Assembly: GCF_003044035.1 (NCBI RefSeq)
Contig: NZ_NVQC01000016.1
Location: 1 to 32,000 of the forward strand
Direction of reading: 5' to 3'
From: Candidatus Methylomirabilis limnetica
Lineage (GTDB): Bacteria > Methylomirabilota > Methylomirabilia > Methylomirabilales > Methylomirabilaceae
Length of the DNA stretch: 32,000 nt
Numbering within the stretch: the first letter of the stretch is position 1; each line of letters opens with the position of its first letter. The notes below the pieces were generated by a model. The model saw nothing but the letters and a program-made list of their open reading frames with translations, did no database searches and had not been told where the DNA came from. The translations under genes were made by a program, and so were the position numbers. Positions 7,608 to 17,861 of the stretch are shown one piece after another.

Positions 7608-10205
7608 ATGGCCTTTATGCGGTTTGATAAATTCACCTTTAAGGCGCAGGAGGCGATTCAGCAGGCCCAGAAGCTTGCCGAGGAGCGGGAGCATCAGACG
7701 ATTGACGTCGAGCACCTGTTGCTGGCGCTAGTCGACCAAGCGGAAGGGGTGGTTCAGCCGATCCTGAGAAAGGTGGGGACAACCCCCGGCCAGGTCGCCT
7801 CACGACTCATAGAGGAGCTTAGGCGACTCCCCAGGGTCTCCGGTTTGCCACAAGGCCAGGTCCACATCACGCCGCGCATGGAAAAGGTGTTGAACGCGGC
7901 GCTGTCCGAGGCGGAACGCCTGAAGGATGAATATGTCAGCACCGAGCATCTGCTCCTGGCGATCTCCGACGAGGATGGCGGCGCCGTCGGGAAGGTCCTG
8001 CGCGAGGCCGGAATCACGAAAGACAGGATCTACGCGGCCTTGCAGGAGTTCCGCGGCAGCCAGCGCGTTACCGACCAGGCTCCAGAGGAGAAGTACCAGG
8101 CGCTGGAACGGTACGCTCGCGATCTGACCGATCTAGCTAGAAAAGGGAAGTTAGACCCGGTCATCGGTCGGGACGATGAAATCCGCCGGGTGATCCAGGT
8201 CCTGGCGCGTCGGACCAAGAACAACCCGGTCCTGATCGGCGAGCCTGGCGTGGGGAAGACTGCCATCGTGGAAGGGCTGGCGCAGCGGATCGTCAACGGG
8301 GATGTGCCGGAGTCACTGAAAAACAAGCGCGTCATGGCGCTGGACATCGGCGCACTTGTGGCCGGGAGCAAGTACCGTGGGGAGTTCGAGGACCGGCTGA
8401 AGTCGGTCCTGCGCGAGGTCACTGAACAGCAGGGGCAGATCGTCCTCTTCATCGACGAGTTGCATACCCTTGTTGGGGCTGGCGCGGCCGAGGGGGCTAT
8501 TGATGCTTCGAACATGCTCAAGCCTGCGCTGGCCCGAGGTGAGCTTCGGTGCGTGGGGGCCACGACACTGGACGAATACCGCAAGCGGGTAGAGAAGGAC
8601 GCCGCGCTTGAGCGACGCTTCCAACCGGTCCTGGTCGGTGAGCCGTCAGTAGAGGATACCATCTCGATCCTCCGTGGTCTGAAGGAGCGGTACGAGGTCC
8701 ACCACGGCGTCCGGATCAAGGACTCGGCGCTGGTGTCTGCTGCGGTTCTCAGCAACCGGTACATCGCCGACCGGTTCCTGCCGGACAAGGCGATCGACCT
8801 GATCGATGAGGCGGCATCACGCCTCCGGATGGAGATCGACAGTATGCCGACAGAGCTGGATGAGCTCAGTCGGCGAGCCCGACAGCTCGAGATTGAACGC
8901 GAGGCCCTGAAGAAAGAGACCGATCCGGAGTCGCAGGAGCGCCTTGCGCGTTTGGCAGACGAGCTTGCGGAGATCCGGACCAAAGAGGAAGGGCTCAAGG
9001 CCCGCTGGGAACAGGAGAAGGGATTCATCCAGCGGATCAGGAGCCTCAAGGAGCGGACTGAGGCGGCGAAACTCCAGGAGCAGATGGCCGAGCGGCAGGG
9101 AGAGCTGGGGAAGGTCGCCGAGCTCCGCTATGGCCTGGTCGCCTCCATGCAGAAGGAGATGGAATCCGAAAAGCGCGGCCTCGAGCAGGTCCAGCAGGAT
9201 GGCGCCATGCTCAAGGAGGAGGTCGATGAGGAAGACATCGCTGAAGTCGTCTCCAAGTGGACCGGGATTCCGGTCACCAGGATGTTGGAGGGGGAGACGC
9301 AGAAGCTTCTGACTATGGAGGACAAGCTCAGGGAGCGGGTAGTGGGGCAGTACGAGGCGATCACCGCGGTGAGTGATGCAATCCGCCGCGCCCGCTCGGG
9401 GCTCCAGGATCCGAATCGGCCGATAGGCTCGTTCATCTTTCTGGGGCCGACTGGGGTGGGGAAGACGGAGCTCGCCCGGGCGCTGGCTGAGTTCCTGTTC
9501 GACGATGAGCGCGCGATGGTCCGCCTGGACATGAGCGAGTACATGGAGAAACACACGGTCTCCCGCCTGGTCGGCGCGCCGCCGGGGTATGTGGGGTTCG
9601 AGGAGGGGGGCCAGCTCACCGAGGCGGTCCGGCGTCGCCCGTACTCTGTCCTGCTCCTGGACGAGATCGAAAAGGCCCACAGCGACGTCTTCAACATCCT
9701 GCTGCAGATCCTGGACGACGGCCGCCTGACCGATGGCCATGGGCGGACCGTGGACTTCAAGAACGTGATCATTATTATGACCAGCAACCTGGGCAGCCAG
9801 GCTATCCAGGAGCTGGGCGGCCGTGATGACGAGGAGATGCGACGACGGGTTATGGAGGCCGTGAAGGACCACTTCCGGCCGGAGTTTCTCAACCGCGTCG
9901 ATGAGATGCTGATCTTCCACACCCTCTCGCTGGCCCAGATCAAAGCGATTGTGGAGATCCAGCTCAAGCATGTGGCGAAGCGACTTGCCGAGCGGAAACT
10001 CGGTCTTGAGGTTACGGAGCAGGCCAAAGAGTTCCTGGCCAGGGAAGGGTACGATCCAGTCTTTGGGGCGCGTCCGCTCAGGCGAGCCATCCAGCGAGTG
10101 CTGCAGGACCCGCTGGCCCGTCGGCTGCTGGAGCATGAGTTTGCCGAAGGCGACACCGTGAGAGTCGATGCAGCTCGAGGAGAACTGATCCTGAGTAAGG
10201 ACTAA
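7608..10205 (+). CDS. clpB: ATP-dependent chaperone/disaggregase ClpB
   Basis: 865 aa with two AAA+ modules ([15 protein letters not shown]; [15 protein letters not shown]), a long coiled-coil middle domain and a typical N-domain. The start could instead be the ATG at 7617. Confidence 0.97.
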   Translation: MAFMRFDKFTFKAQEAIQQAQKLAEEREHQTIDVEHLLLALVDQAEGVVQPILRKVGTTPGQVASRLIEELRRLPRVSGLPQGQVHITPRMEKVLNAALSEAERLKDEYVSTEHLLLAISDEDGGAVGKVLREAGITKDRIYAALQEFRGSQRVTDQAPEEKYQALERYARDLTDLARKGKLDPVIGRDDEIRRVIQVLARRTKNNPVLIGEPGVGKTAIVEGLAQRIVNGDVPESLKNKRVMALDIGALVAGSKYRGEFEDRLKSVLREVTEQQGQIVLFIDELHTLVGAGAAEGAIDASNMLKPALARGELRCVGATTLDEYRKRVEKDAALERRFQPVLVGEPSVEDTISILRGLKERYEVHHGVRIKDSALVSAAVLSNRYIADRFLPDKAIDLIDEAASRLRMEIDSMPTELDELSRRARQLEIEREALKKETDPESQERLARLADELAEIRTKEEGLKARWEQEKGFIQRIRSLKERTEAAKLQEQMAERQGELGKVAELRYGLVASMQKEMESEKRGLEQVQQDGAMLKEEVDEEDIAEVVSKWTGIPVTRMLEGETQKLLTMEDKLRERVVGQYEAITAVSDAIRRARSGLQDPNRPIGSFIFLGPTGVGKTELARALAEFLFDDERAMVRLDMSEYMEKHTVSRLVGAPPGYVGFEEGGQLTEAVRRRPYSVLLLDEIEKAHSDVFNILLQILDDGRLTDGHGRTVDFKNVIIIMTSNLGSQAIQELGGRDDEEMRRRVMEAVKDHFRPEFLNRVDEMLIFHTLSLAQIKAIVEIQLKHVAKRLAERKLGLEVTEQAKEFLAREGYDPVFGARPLRRAIQRVLQDPLARRLLEHEFAEGDTVRVDAARGELILSKD

Positions 10206-10211
10206 CAGAAG

Positions 10212-10478
10212 CCTTCAGCTATCAGCAGTCAGCTTTCAGCAAGATCAAGCAGATGCCAGAGCGCGTGCAAGCAGTGCGTGTTTGCCATATTACGGGGAGC
10301 ACAAAATAGCTTCCCCCCCCTTTCGTAAAGGGGGGTCAGGGGGGTTTTGAACCATCAGAAAATCCCCCTCAATCCCCCTTTCGTAAAGGGGGAAGTTGCT
10401 TGAGATGCTGTGTGAGAATGCAATCTAGTTAGCGCTCCCTGTCATAACTGCTGATGGCTGACAGCTGAGAGCTGACCA
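10212..10478. repeat. Composite palindromic intergenic element: inverted heptamer arrays flanking C-run/G-run hairpins
   Basis: Four CnnTCAG heptamers (10212-10239) face four CTGAnnG heptamers (10451-10478), matching as an inverted repeat at 21 of 28 positions by eye. Between them are two copies of CCCCCTTTCGTAAAGGGGG (10315-10335 and 10374-10392). Confidence 0.8.
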
Positions 10479-10496
10479 GCTATCACGGAGTGATCC

Positions 10497-11291
10497 ATGG
10501 CACCGGTCCCGTATATCGAACAGATTCGGCGGCTCTATCCGAACGATCCGCCTTACCAATGGACGGTCAATCTCGCGAGCCCGTGGGCGCCGATGCTCAA
10601 GCCGGTTCGGGACTGTCGGATTGTTCTGATCAGTTCCGGGGGGATGTACCACCTCACACAGGAGCCGTTCAATCCCGTCAAGAACGACCTGACCTTCAGA
10701 GAGATCCCGAAAACGGCCGATCTTGCCGACCTCCGAATCTCCCACTACTCCAAGAACGCCCGGGACGTCAAAGACCTCAACACGATCTTCCCCCTCGATC
10801 GGTTCAGGCAGTTGGAGGCCCAGGGGCACATCGGCGAGCTCGCGCCGTACGCTTTCACCTGTATGGGACGAATCTTCACACGGACCAGGCTCCAGAAAGA
10901 GATGGCGCCGCATCTGATCGAGCGCCTACAGGAGATGAGCGTCGATGCGGCCTTCCTGGTCCCGGTCTGACAGTTGTGCCACCAGTCCGTGGGACTGTTC
11001 GCCCGCGCGATCGAGGAGGCCGGTATCCCAACCCTCATGCTTTCCGCTGCCCTCGACATCACCTCCTCTGTCAAACCTCCCCGCGCCGTCTTCGTGAACT
11101 TTCCCCTCGGTCACCAGGCCGGTAAGCCGTGTGACCCGGAGGGGCAGACCCGGATCCTTCTCGACGCGCTCCACGTCCTGGAGACGGCGACCACTCCAGG
11201 CACCCTCGTCCAGCTTCCCTACAAGTGGGACGAGCACGATCCCCTGGATTCCTGGGAAGCGGAGGAGATGCTCCACCCTTCGCTGGTGTGA
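10497..11291 (+). CDS. GrdB/PrdB-family (glycine/betaine/sarcosine/D-proline reductase selenoprotein B-like) protein with an in-frame UGA read as selenocysteine
   Basis: Track ORFs 10497-10970 and 10974-11291 share one frame and are separated only by the TGA at 10968-10970. The joined sequence, ...VDAAFLVPV-U-QLCHQSVGLFARAIEEAGIPTLMLSA..., fits the family's redox motif, where homologues have Cys or Sec. A hairpin follows the TGA. Confidence 0.65.
10970..10998 (+). promoter_or_regulatory. Candidate bacterial SECIS hairpin
   Basis: ACAGT-tgtg-CCAC-cagtcc-GTGG-g-ACTGT starts at the last base of the TGA. It gives 5-bp and 4-bp stems and a hexaloop containing GU. Confidence 0.45.
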
Positions 11292-11370
11292 CCCACCTTT
11301 ACAGACGCTTCCCTCACGGTATCCCCCGAGATCGTCCCCACAAAACGCCTCTCTTTCAACCCATTTTGCC

Positions 11371-11399
11371 TTGACAGGAGAAGGCCATGGGATTACTAT
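11371..11399 (+). promoter_or_regulatory. Sigma70-type promoter for glyA and possibly the downstream cluster
   Basis: TTGACA (11371-11376), an exact 17-nt spacer, then TACTAT (11394-11399), about 50 nt upstream of the glyA GTG. Confidence 0.5.
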
Positions 11400-11449
11400 T
11401 TGCGTGAATTTGACGCATCTTTTTCATAGTCTATCAAGGGAGCCAGAGC

Positions 11450-12718
11450 GTGAAGCGTCTTATCGATGTTGACCCGGAAATTGCTGAAGTGATTCGGCTC
11501 GAAACCGAGCGTCAGGCCACCAAGCTGGAGTTGATCGCCTCGGAGAATTTTGTCAGTGCTGCGGTGATGGAGGCGGCCGGCTCTACGCTCACCAACAAGT
11601 ATGCCGAGGGGTACCCGGGACGCCGCTACTACGGTGGGTGCGAATTTGTTGACATGGCGGAGAACTTGGCGATCGAGCGAGCCAAGCGGCTCTTTGGCGC
11701 CGACCATATCAACGTCCAGCCGCACTCCGGCACGCAGGCCAACATGGCCGTCTACTTTGCTGTCCTGGAGCCCGGGGATACCATCCTTGGGCTGAACCTG
11801 TCCCACGGGGGCCACCTGTCCCACGGCAGCTCGGTCAACTTTTCCGGCCGCTTCTTCAAGGTGATCCCGTACGGTGTAGATAGGGCGACGGAGCAGATAG
11901 ACTTTGACTCGCTACGATCTCTCGCGAAGACACACCGGCCCAAGCTGATCGTAGTCGGCGCCAGCGCCTATCCCAGAATCCTCGACTTCGCGAGGTTTGG
12001 CGAGATTGCGAAAGAGATCGGCGCGCTCGTCATGGTCGATATCGCCCACATCGCCGGGCTGATCGTGGCCGGGCTTCACCCAAGTCCCATTCCCTACGCC
12101 GACTTCGTCACCACCACCACCCATAAGACCCTTCGCGGCCCGCGAGGTGGGATGATCATGTGTAAGGCGGAGTATGCCCCGGTTCTGAACAAGCAGGTCT
12201 TTCCCGGGATGCAGGGCGGTCCGCTGATGCACATTATTGCGGCCAAGGCGGTGGCGTTTGCTGAGGCGCTCTCGCCGGAGTTTGCCACTTATCAGCGCCA
12301 GATCGTGGCGAATGCGAAGGCGTTGGCGGAGGCGCTGCAAGGGCACGGCTTCCGTCTGGTCTCCGGCGGGACCGATACCCATCTCCTCCTGATCGATCTG
12401 CGAGGGAAAGGGCTGACGGGGAAGGCGGCTGAGATCGCGCTGGATCAGGCTGGGATCACGGCCAACAAGAACGCTATCCCCTTCGATGAGGAAAAGCCGA
12501 CCGTGACCTCCGGCATTCGGATCGGGACGCCGGCCGTGACGACTCGGGGGATGCGGGAAGGCGAGATGAGGGAGATCGCGAACCTCATTGCCGACGTTCT
12601 GAAAGATGCCTCGAACACTGCGGCTCTGTCTGGGGTCGCGGCCCGTGTGAAAGAGTTGTGCGACTCCTTCCCGTTGTACCGAGAGCAGCTTGCCCTCTCC
12701 TCTCCCCACCTGGCGTAG
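11450..12718 (+). CDS. glyA: Serine hydroxymethyltransferase
   Basis: GTG start with AAGGGAG upstream. Contains [26 protein letters not shown] and the PLP-lysine region [14 protein letters not shown]. Confidence 0.97.
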   Translation: MKRLIDVDPEIAEVIRLETERQATKLELIASENFVSAAVMEAAGSTLTNKYAEGYPGRRYYGGCEFVDMAENLAIERAKRLFGADHINVQPHSGTQANMAVYFAVLEPGDTILGLNLSHGGHLSHGSSVNFSGRFFKVIPYGVDRATEQIDFDSLRSLAKTHRPKLIVVGASAYPRILDFARFGEIAKEIGALVMVDIAHIAGLIVAGLHPSPIPYADFVTTTTHKTLRGPRGGMIMCKAEYAPVLNKQVFPGMQGGPLMHIIAAKAVAFAEALSPEFATYQRQIVANAKALAEALQGHGFRLVSGGTDTHLLLIDLRGKGLTGKAAEIALDQAGITANKNAIPFDEEKPTVTSGIRIGTPAVTTRGMREGEMREIANLIADVLKDASNTAALSGVAARVKELCDSFPLYREQLALSSPHLA

Positions 12719-12739
12719 GATCCTCCAAGGGGCTCGCCT

Positions 12740-13213
12740 GTGAAGTGTCCCTACTGTGGCAGTCTTGAAGAAAAGGTCGTCGATTCTCGTGAGGGCAAGG
12801 ATGGCGCGGTGGTTCGTCGCCGACGCCAATGCCAGCAGTGCCTCAAGCGCTTCACTACCTATGAGAGGATCGGTGAGATCCACTTCATGGTCATTAAGGC
12901 GGATGGACGCCGGGAACCATTCGACCGGCACAAGGTTCTGGGGGGATTGCTCAAAGCGACCCAGAAGCGGCCTGTCAGCGTCGTCCAGCTCGAGAAGATT
13001 GTCGATGAGATTGAGGGCCGCCTTGCGGAGAAGGCGGAGCGCGAAATGCCTTCTACTGAGATTGGTGAGCTGATCATGGAAAGGCTTTACGAAATCGATG
13101 AGGTGGCGTACGTCCGCTTTGCATCGGTCTATCGCCAGTTCAAAGACGTCCGTCAGTTCGTTGAGGAGGTCAAGGGCCTCCGGGGAGGGGGGAGGCGTCG
13201 GAGAGCCCCGTAG
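12740..13213 (+). CDS. nrdR: Transcriptional repressor NrdR
   Basis: MKCPYCGSLEEKVVDSR...RRRRQCQQC forms the zinc ribbon, followed by an ATP-cone. Confidence 0.95.
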   Translation: MKCPYCGSLEEKVVDSREGKDGAVVRRRRQCQQCLKRFTTYERIGEIHFMVIKADGRREPFDRHKVLGGLLKATQKRPVSVVQLEKIVDEIEGRLAEKAEREMPSTEIGELIMERLYEIDEVAYVRFASVYRQFKDVRQFVEEVKGLRGGGRRRRAP

Positions 13214-13256
13214 AGGATAGCGACGGGTCCTTCGGGGATCGGCTCTCGAAACGACG

Positions 13257-14066
13257 ATGGAACTCACCTTCACGTACCTTGCATTGCTGTTCTACCTGAG
13301 CGCGAGTCTGGCGTATATGGGCTCCCTTGCAGCGCGGCCCGGCAAGCTCCTCAAGGTCGCGGGCATCCTAGCCCGGGCCGGGTTTGTTTTGCATACGGGG
13401 GCACTGGCGGTTCATCTCTACCAACAGGGCCGCCCGCCGGCCAATCTTGCCGATTGGCTCGCCTTCTATGCGTGGGCGACGGTTGCTGTGTATCTCGTCA
13501 CCGAGGCGCACTACGAAAGTAAGGTGATCGGCTCGTTTGCGATCCCGCTGGTACTCCTCCTGCTCGGGGCATCGGCCGCCCTGCCCAAGACGATTGAAAC
13601 CCTCTCCCCGCCGCTGAAGCACTTCGGGGTCTGGATGCACGTGATCCTGACCCTCCTCGGAAACGCCGCCTTTGCCCTCGCCTGCTGCGGGGCAGTGATG
13701 TTCCTGGTCCAGGAATGGCTGCTCAAATCCAAGCATCCAGGAGTACTCTTCGAGCGCCTTCCCTCATTGAAGCTCCTCGACGACCTGAGCTACTTCAGTC
13801 TCGTGCTGGGCTTTCCGCTGCTGACCCTTGGCTTGTTGAGCGGTGTGCTGGTAAGCTATTCCGTGTGGGGTTCTTTCCTGTCCTGGGACGGCAGACAGAT
13901 ATGGTCGTCCATCACATGGGTCTTCTATGCGGCCCTGTTGCATGGACGACTGGCAGGGGGCTGGCGGGGCCGGAAGGCCGCCATTCTGTCGATCATCGGA
14001 TTCTGCGGGGTTGCCTTTGCTTCCCTCGCAGCGAATCTTATCATCAGAGGGACGCACGCGTTCTAA
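13257..14066 (+). CDS. Cytochrome c assembly family membrane protein (CcsA/HemX-like)
   Basis: A polytopic membrane protein with a Trp-rich segment (VWGSFLSWDGRQIWSSITW). Its position next to hemA matches hem-operon ccsA-like genes. Confidence 0.75.
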   Translation: MELTFTYLALLFYLSASLAYMGSLAARPGKLLKVAGILARAGFVLHTGALAVHLYQQGRPPANLADWLAFYAWATVAVYLVTEAHYESKVIGSFAIPLVLLLLGASAALPKTIETLSPPLKHFGVWMHVILTLLGNAAFALACCGAVMFLVQEWLLKSKHPGVLFERLPSLKLLDDLSYFSLVLGFPLLTLGLLSGVLVSYSVWGSFLSWDGRQIWSSITWVFYAALLHGRLAGGWRGRKAAILSIIGFCGVAFASLAANLIIRGTHAF

Positions 14067-15334
14067 TGGAAATCATTGTCCTCGGTCTGAGCTACAAGAC
14101 AGCGCCGATTGAACTCCGGGAGAAGTTTCACGTCCCGGAGTCGGAGCTACCGGAAGTCCTGGAGCAGCTCGGCGGATGCGGGCAGATAGAAGAGCGGATG
14201 ATCCTCTCCACCTGCAACCGGGTGGAGACGTACGCTGTCGTGGACGACGTAGATGGTGCGCGTCAGTTCCTTGTGGAGTTCCTGGCCGAGCGGCACAAGC
14301 TTCCGTTGCAGGCCTTCGAGTCCTCTATGTATCTGTTGACGGCCGATCAGGCCATTCGGCATATCTTCCGTGTTTCGTCGAGCCTTGACGCGATGGTGAT
14401 TGGTGAATCTCAGATCCTGGGCCAGGTGAAGGCGGCGTACGCGATCGCCCTCGAACGGGATGCCACCGGCCCGATTCTCAATGCCCTTATGGAGAGGGCG
14501 TTGCGCGTCGCGAAGCGGGTGCGGACCGAGACCGGGATTGCAACCTTAGCCGTCTCGGTCTCCACCGCCGCCATCGAGCTGGCTAAGAAGATCTTCGGCG
14601 ACCTGTCGGGCCGCACTATCATGCTGATCGGGGCAGGAAAGATGTCGGAGTTGTCGGCCAAGCACTTGCTGGCTGATGGTGTGAGTACGGTGATCGTGAC
14701 CAATCGGCATTTCGATCGTGCGGTAGAATTGGCCGAGCGATGGGGCGGCCGGGCCGTTCCGTTCGATCACGCCAAGTCGGAGATGGTCCATGCCGATATC
14801 GTTATCAGTTCGACCGGAGCCCCGCATCATATCCTGTCCAAGGCTGACCTCCAGGAGATTGTCCTGCAGCGCCGTAATCGTCCGATCTTCGTAATCGATA
14901 TCGCCGTTCCCAGGGATGTCGATCCCAAGGCCAACGAGATCGATAATGTGTACCTCTATGATCTTGATGACCTCCAGGGGGTGGTGCAGGCCAATCTTCT
15001 CGAGCGGCAGCGCGAGGCGGATCTGGCGGAGGCGTTGATCGACCGGGAGGTCGGGCAGTTTGCCGAGTGGCTTACGAGCCTCCATGTCGTCCCGACTATC
15101 GTCGCCATGCGTAAGAAGGTGGAATTAATCCGCGAGGAGGAACTCCAAAAGATTTTTGCGAAACTGCAAGACTTGACTCCAGAGGAGCGTCATACTATCT
15201 CCCTCATGACCGGCTCGATCGTGAACAAGATCCTGCACGAGCCGACGACAGAGCTGAAACGCCAGTCGTCCCTGAAAGAGGGCCACCTCTACGTAAATGT
15301 ACTGCGGAGGCTCTTCGGCATCAGGGAGGAGTAG
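14066..15334 (+). CDS. hemA: Glutamyl-tRNA reductase
   Basis: The start MEIIVLGLSYKTAPIELREKF overlaps the previous stop (TAATG). STCNRVETY contains the catalytic Cys, and GAGKMSEL is the NADPH site. The track ORF start at 13715 is an upstream extension. Confidence 0.95.
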   Translation: MEIIVLGLSYKTAPIELREKFHVPESELPEVLEQLGGCGQIEERMILSTCNRVETYAVVDDVDGARQFLVEFLAERHKLPLQAFESSMYLLTADQAIRHIFRVSSSLDAMVIGESQILGQVKAAYAIALERDATGPILNALMERALRVAKRVRTETGIATLAVSVSTAAIELAKKIFGDLSGRTIMLIGAGKMSELSAKHLLADGVSTVIVTNRHFDRAVELAERWGGRAVPFDHAKSEMVHADIVISSTGAPHHILSKADLQEIVLQRRNRPIFVIDIAVPRDVDPKANEIDNVYLYDLDDLQGVVQANLLERQREADLAEALIDREVGQFAEWLTSLHVVPTIVAMRKKVELIREEELQKIFAKLQDLTPEERHTISLMTGSIVNKILHEPTTELKRQSSLKEGHLYVNVLRRLFGIREE

Positions 15335-15376
15335 GGGCGCTGCTTGCTGCGCCAATGTACGGGTGCGAGGTGAAAT

Positions 15377-16312
15377 ATGCTGAAGCTGGGTACGCGTGGG
15401 AGTCCGCTGGCGCTGTGCCAGGCGGGGCTCGTTTCGGAAGGCCTGAGCCGGCAATGGCCTGGCCTGCAAGTCGTCATTGTTCCTATCCAGACCTCCGGTG
15501 ATAAGTTTCTCGGTGCGGTCCTTTCGCAAGCCGGCGGAAAGGGCCTCTTTGTGAAGGAGCTCGAGGAGGCCCTGCTCGATAGCCGGATCGACCTTGCGGT
15601 CCACAGCCTGAAGGATCTGCCTGCGGAGCTGGCGCCAGGTCTTCGAGAGGGGGCCGTCATGTGCCGCGAAAACCCGCTCGATGCGCTTATTGCGAGGAAC
15701 GGCCTTCGGTTTACCGAACTCCCCCATGGCGCCAGAATTGGAACCAGCAGCTTGCGCCGACAGGTCCAGCTCCTGCATCGTCGCCAAGACCTCCAGATCG
15801 TTCCCCTCCGCGGTAATGTGGGGACACGGCTGAAGAAGCTTGAGACGCTCGACATCGAGGCCGTGGTTCTGGCGGCCGCCGGGCTCATCCGCCTTGGTCT
15901 GCAGGATCGGATTACTGAGTGTTTGCAGCCGGATCTGTGTCTGCCGGCTATTGGCCAGGGAGCGCTGGCGATCGAAATCCGGGAGGACGATCAGCGAGTG
16001 GCCGATCTTATCGAGACGCTCAATCATCGCGAGACCAGACAGGTCACGATGGCGGAACGAGCCTTCCTGCGGCGCCTGGGCGGGAGCTGCGTGACCCCTA
16101 TTGCCGCCTTCGGCCACATTGAAGGAACGACGCTCGGTCTCACTGGAATGGTCGCCAGCCTGGACGGCAAGCGGATGGTCAGACAAGCCATTCGGGGGGA
16201 GACCAGTGCGCCCGAGCAGGCAGGGCAGGCGTTGGCGGAGGCGCTGCTCGCCGCTGGAGCCGAGGAGATCCTTCGAGAGATTGATCCCCAGCTCTTAGAG
16301 AGGGGCAAATGA
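15377..16312 (+). CDS. hemC: Hydroxymethylbilane synthase (porphobilinogen deaminase)
   Basis: Contains LKLGTRGSPLALCQA, IQTSGDK and RGNVGTRLKKL. Confidence 0.95.
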   Translation: MLKLGTRGSPLALCQAGLVSEGLSRQWPGLQVVIVPIQTSGDKFLGAVLSQAGGKGLFVKELEEALLDSRIDLAVHSLKDLPAELAPGLREGAVMCRENPLDALIARNGLRFTELPHGARIGTSSLRRQVQLLHRRQDLQIVPLRGNVGTRLKKLETLDIEAVVLAAAGLIRLGLQDRITECLQPDLCLPAIGQGALAIEIREDDQRVADLIETLNHRETRQVTMAERAFLRRLGGSCVTPIAAFGHIEGTTLGLTGMVASLDGKRMVRQAIRGETSAPEQAGQALAEALLAAGAEEILREIDPQLLERGK

Positions 16313-17841
16313 CGGGGAAGGTCTATCTCATTGGCGCGGGGCCGGGTGATCCCGGCCTGTTTACTCTGCGTGGTGTCGCATGTCTCCGCGAGGCTGATGT
16401 GATTGTGTACGACTACCTCGCCAACCCGCGTCTCCTGTCCTATGCGAAGGCTGACGCCGAGCTGATCTACGTCGGCAAGAAGGGCGGCAACGCCGAAGCG
16501 GCCACACAGGAGGAGATCGGCCGTCTGCTGATCGACAAGGCGCTGACCGGAAAGGTAGTAGCGCGACTGAAAGGGGGCGACCCATTCATTTTCGGGCGGG
16601 GCGGAGAAGAAGGGGAGGAGCTATTCCATGCAGGTATCCCCTTCGAGGTCGTTCCAGGCATCACCTCCGCTATTGCCGTACCGGCGTATGCAGGCATCCC
16701 CCTCACTCACCGCGATTATGCCTCGACAGTGACCATTCTGACCGGACATGAGGATCCATCGAAACAGACGTCGGTAATCGCCTGGGACAAGGTGGCGACC
16801 GGCATCGGAACGTTGGTATTCCTGATGGGTGCCGGCAATCTTCCAACTATCATTGACAAGCTTCTCGGGCATGGTCGGTCCAAGGAGACGCCTGCCGCTG
16901 TCATGCACTGGGGCACCAAGCCCGAGCAGGAAACGGTAGCCGGTACGCTCGAGAACATCGTGGCGCTTGTCCAGATGCGCGGACTTGGGCCGCCGGCAGT
17001 CCTGGTGGTCGGCGATGTCGTCCGGCTTCGGGAGCGGTTGAACTGGTTCGAGCGGCGGCCACTCTTCGGGAAGCGGATCCTTGTGACCAGGACCAGTGAG
17101 CAGGCGGGTCGCTTTGCCGAGTTGCTGGAGGGACAAGGGGCGAAGGTTCTGGAGATTCCCCTCATTGAGATCGTGCCACCCAAGAGCTGGGAGCCGTTGG
17201 ATCAGGCTATCGGGCGGCTCGAAAGCTATCAGTGGGTGATCTTTACCAGTGCGAACGGCGTCGATGCCTTTTTCCGCAGGCTACGGGAGCGTCGCCAGGA
17301 TGCCAGACGTCTGGGCGCCGCCAGGATCTGTGCTATCGGACCTGCAACCGCCGAAGCACTAGAGAGACATGCCGTGATCCCCGACGTAGTCCCGGCTGAA
17401 TTCCGCGCCGAAGGGGTCATCGAGGCGCTGAAGCCGTATGATCTGCAAGGGGTGAAGATCCTCCTGCCACGGGCCGAAGTCGCGAGGGATCTGTTGCCGA
17501 AGGATCTGGAGCGGCGGGGCGCAACCGTTGAGGTCGTGCCTGTCTACAGGACAATACAGTCGAGTACTGCCAGGGAAGTCTTGAAGCCGCTTCTCCAGGA
17601 CCGGAAGATCGACCTCGTCACCTTTACCAGCTCCTCCACCGTCACCAACTTCGTGGAGGCGCTAGCGAAGGAAGACCTCAAGGCGATCTGCAACGGAGTA
17701 CGCGTTGCGTGTATCGGCCCTATCACACAAAAGACAGCCGAAGGCTTCGGTCTACCGATCGACATCGTCCCGGAGCACTACACCATCCCATCCCTGGTTG
17801 ACGCCATCGTCCAGTATTATCGAACACCAGGCGCAGGATAG
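16309..17841 (+). CDS. cobA: Bifunctional uroporphyrinogen-III C-methyltransferase / uroporphyrinogen-III synthase
   Basis: The N-terminus is SUMT (VYLIGAGPGDPGLFTLRG...LKGGDPFIFGRGGEE). The C-terminal half is HemD-like (ILVTRTSEQA...VIFTSANGV). ATGA overlap with hemC. Confidence 0.9.
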   Translation: MTGKVYLIGAGPGDPGLFTLRGVACLREADVIVYDYLANPRLLSYAKADAELIYVGKKGGNAEAATQEEIGRLLIDKALTGKVVARLKGGDPFIFGRGGEEGEELFHAGIPFEVVPGITSAIAVPAYAGIPLTHRDYASTVTILTGHEDPSKQTSVIAWDKVATGIGTLVFLMGAGNLPTIIDKLLGHGRSKETPAAVMHWGTKPEQETVAGTLENIVALVQMRGLGPPAVLVVGDVVRLRERLNWFERRPLFGKRILVTRTSEQAGRFAELLEGQGAKVLEIPLIEIVPPKSWEPLDQAIGRLESYQWVIFTSANGVDAFFRRLRERRQDARRLGAARICAIGPATAEALERHAVIPDVVPAEFRAEGVIEALKPYDLQGVKILLPRAEVARDLLPKDLERRGATVEVVPVYRTIQSSTAREVLKPLLQDRKIDLVTFTSSSTVTNFVEALAKEDLKAICNGVRVACIGPITQKTAEGFGLPIDIVPEHYTIPSLVDAIVQYYRTPGAG

Positions 17842-17861
17842 CGCTAGCAGGAGATCCTGAT

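Noticed and set aside
8030-10156. Long minus-strand ORFs (339, 439 and 342 aa) inside clpB
   Set aside because: They are antisense to an unmistakable ClpB frame. Their products are Arg/Ser/Pro-rich low-complexity sequence, typical of shadow ORFs in GC-rich DNA.
10206-10496. Possibility that the repeated hairpins form a CRISPR array
   Set aside because: There are only two hairpin copies, the spacing is irregular, there is no repeat-spacer periodicity, and no cas genes are present.
11912-13273. 453-aa minus-strand ORF spanning glyA and nrdR
   Set aside because: It lies antisense to two strongly supported genes. It has no recognisable motifs, and its composition is typical of a shadow frame.
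13715-14065. Upstream extension of the hemA ORF
   Set aside because: It overlaps the ccsA-like gene in another frame. The canonical HemA N-terminus, MEIIVLGLSYKTAP, begins at 14066.
15125-16186. 353-aa minus-strand ORF over hemA and hemC
   Set aside because: It is an antisense shadow ORF across well-supported hem genes.
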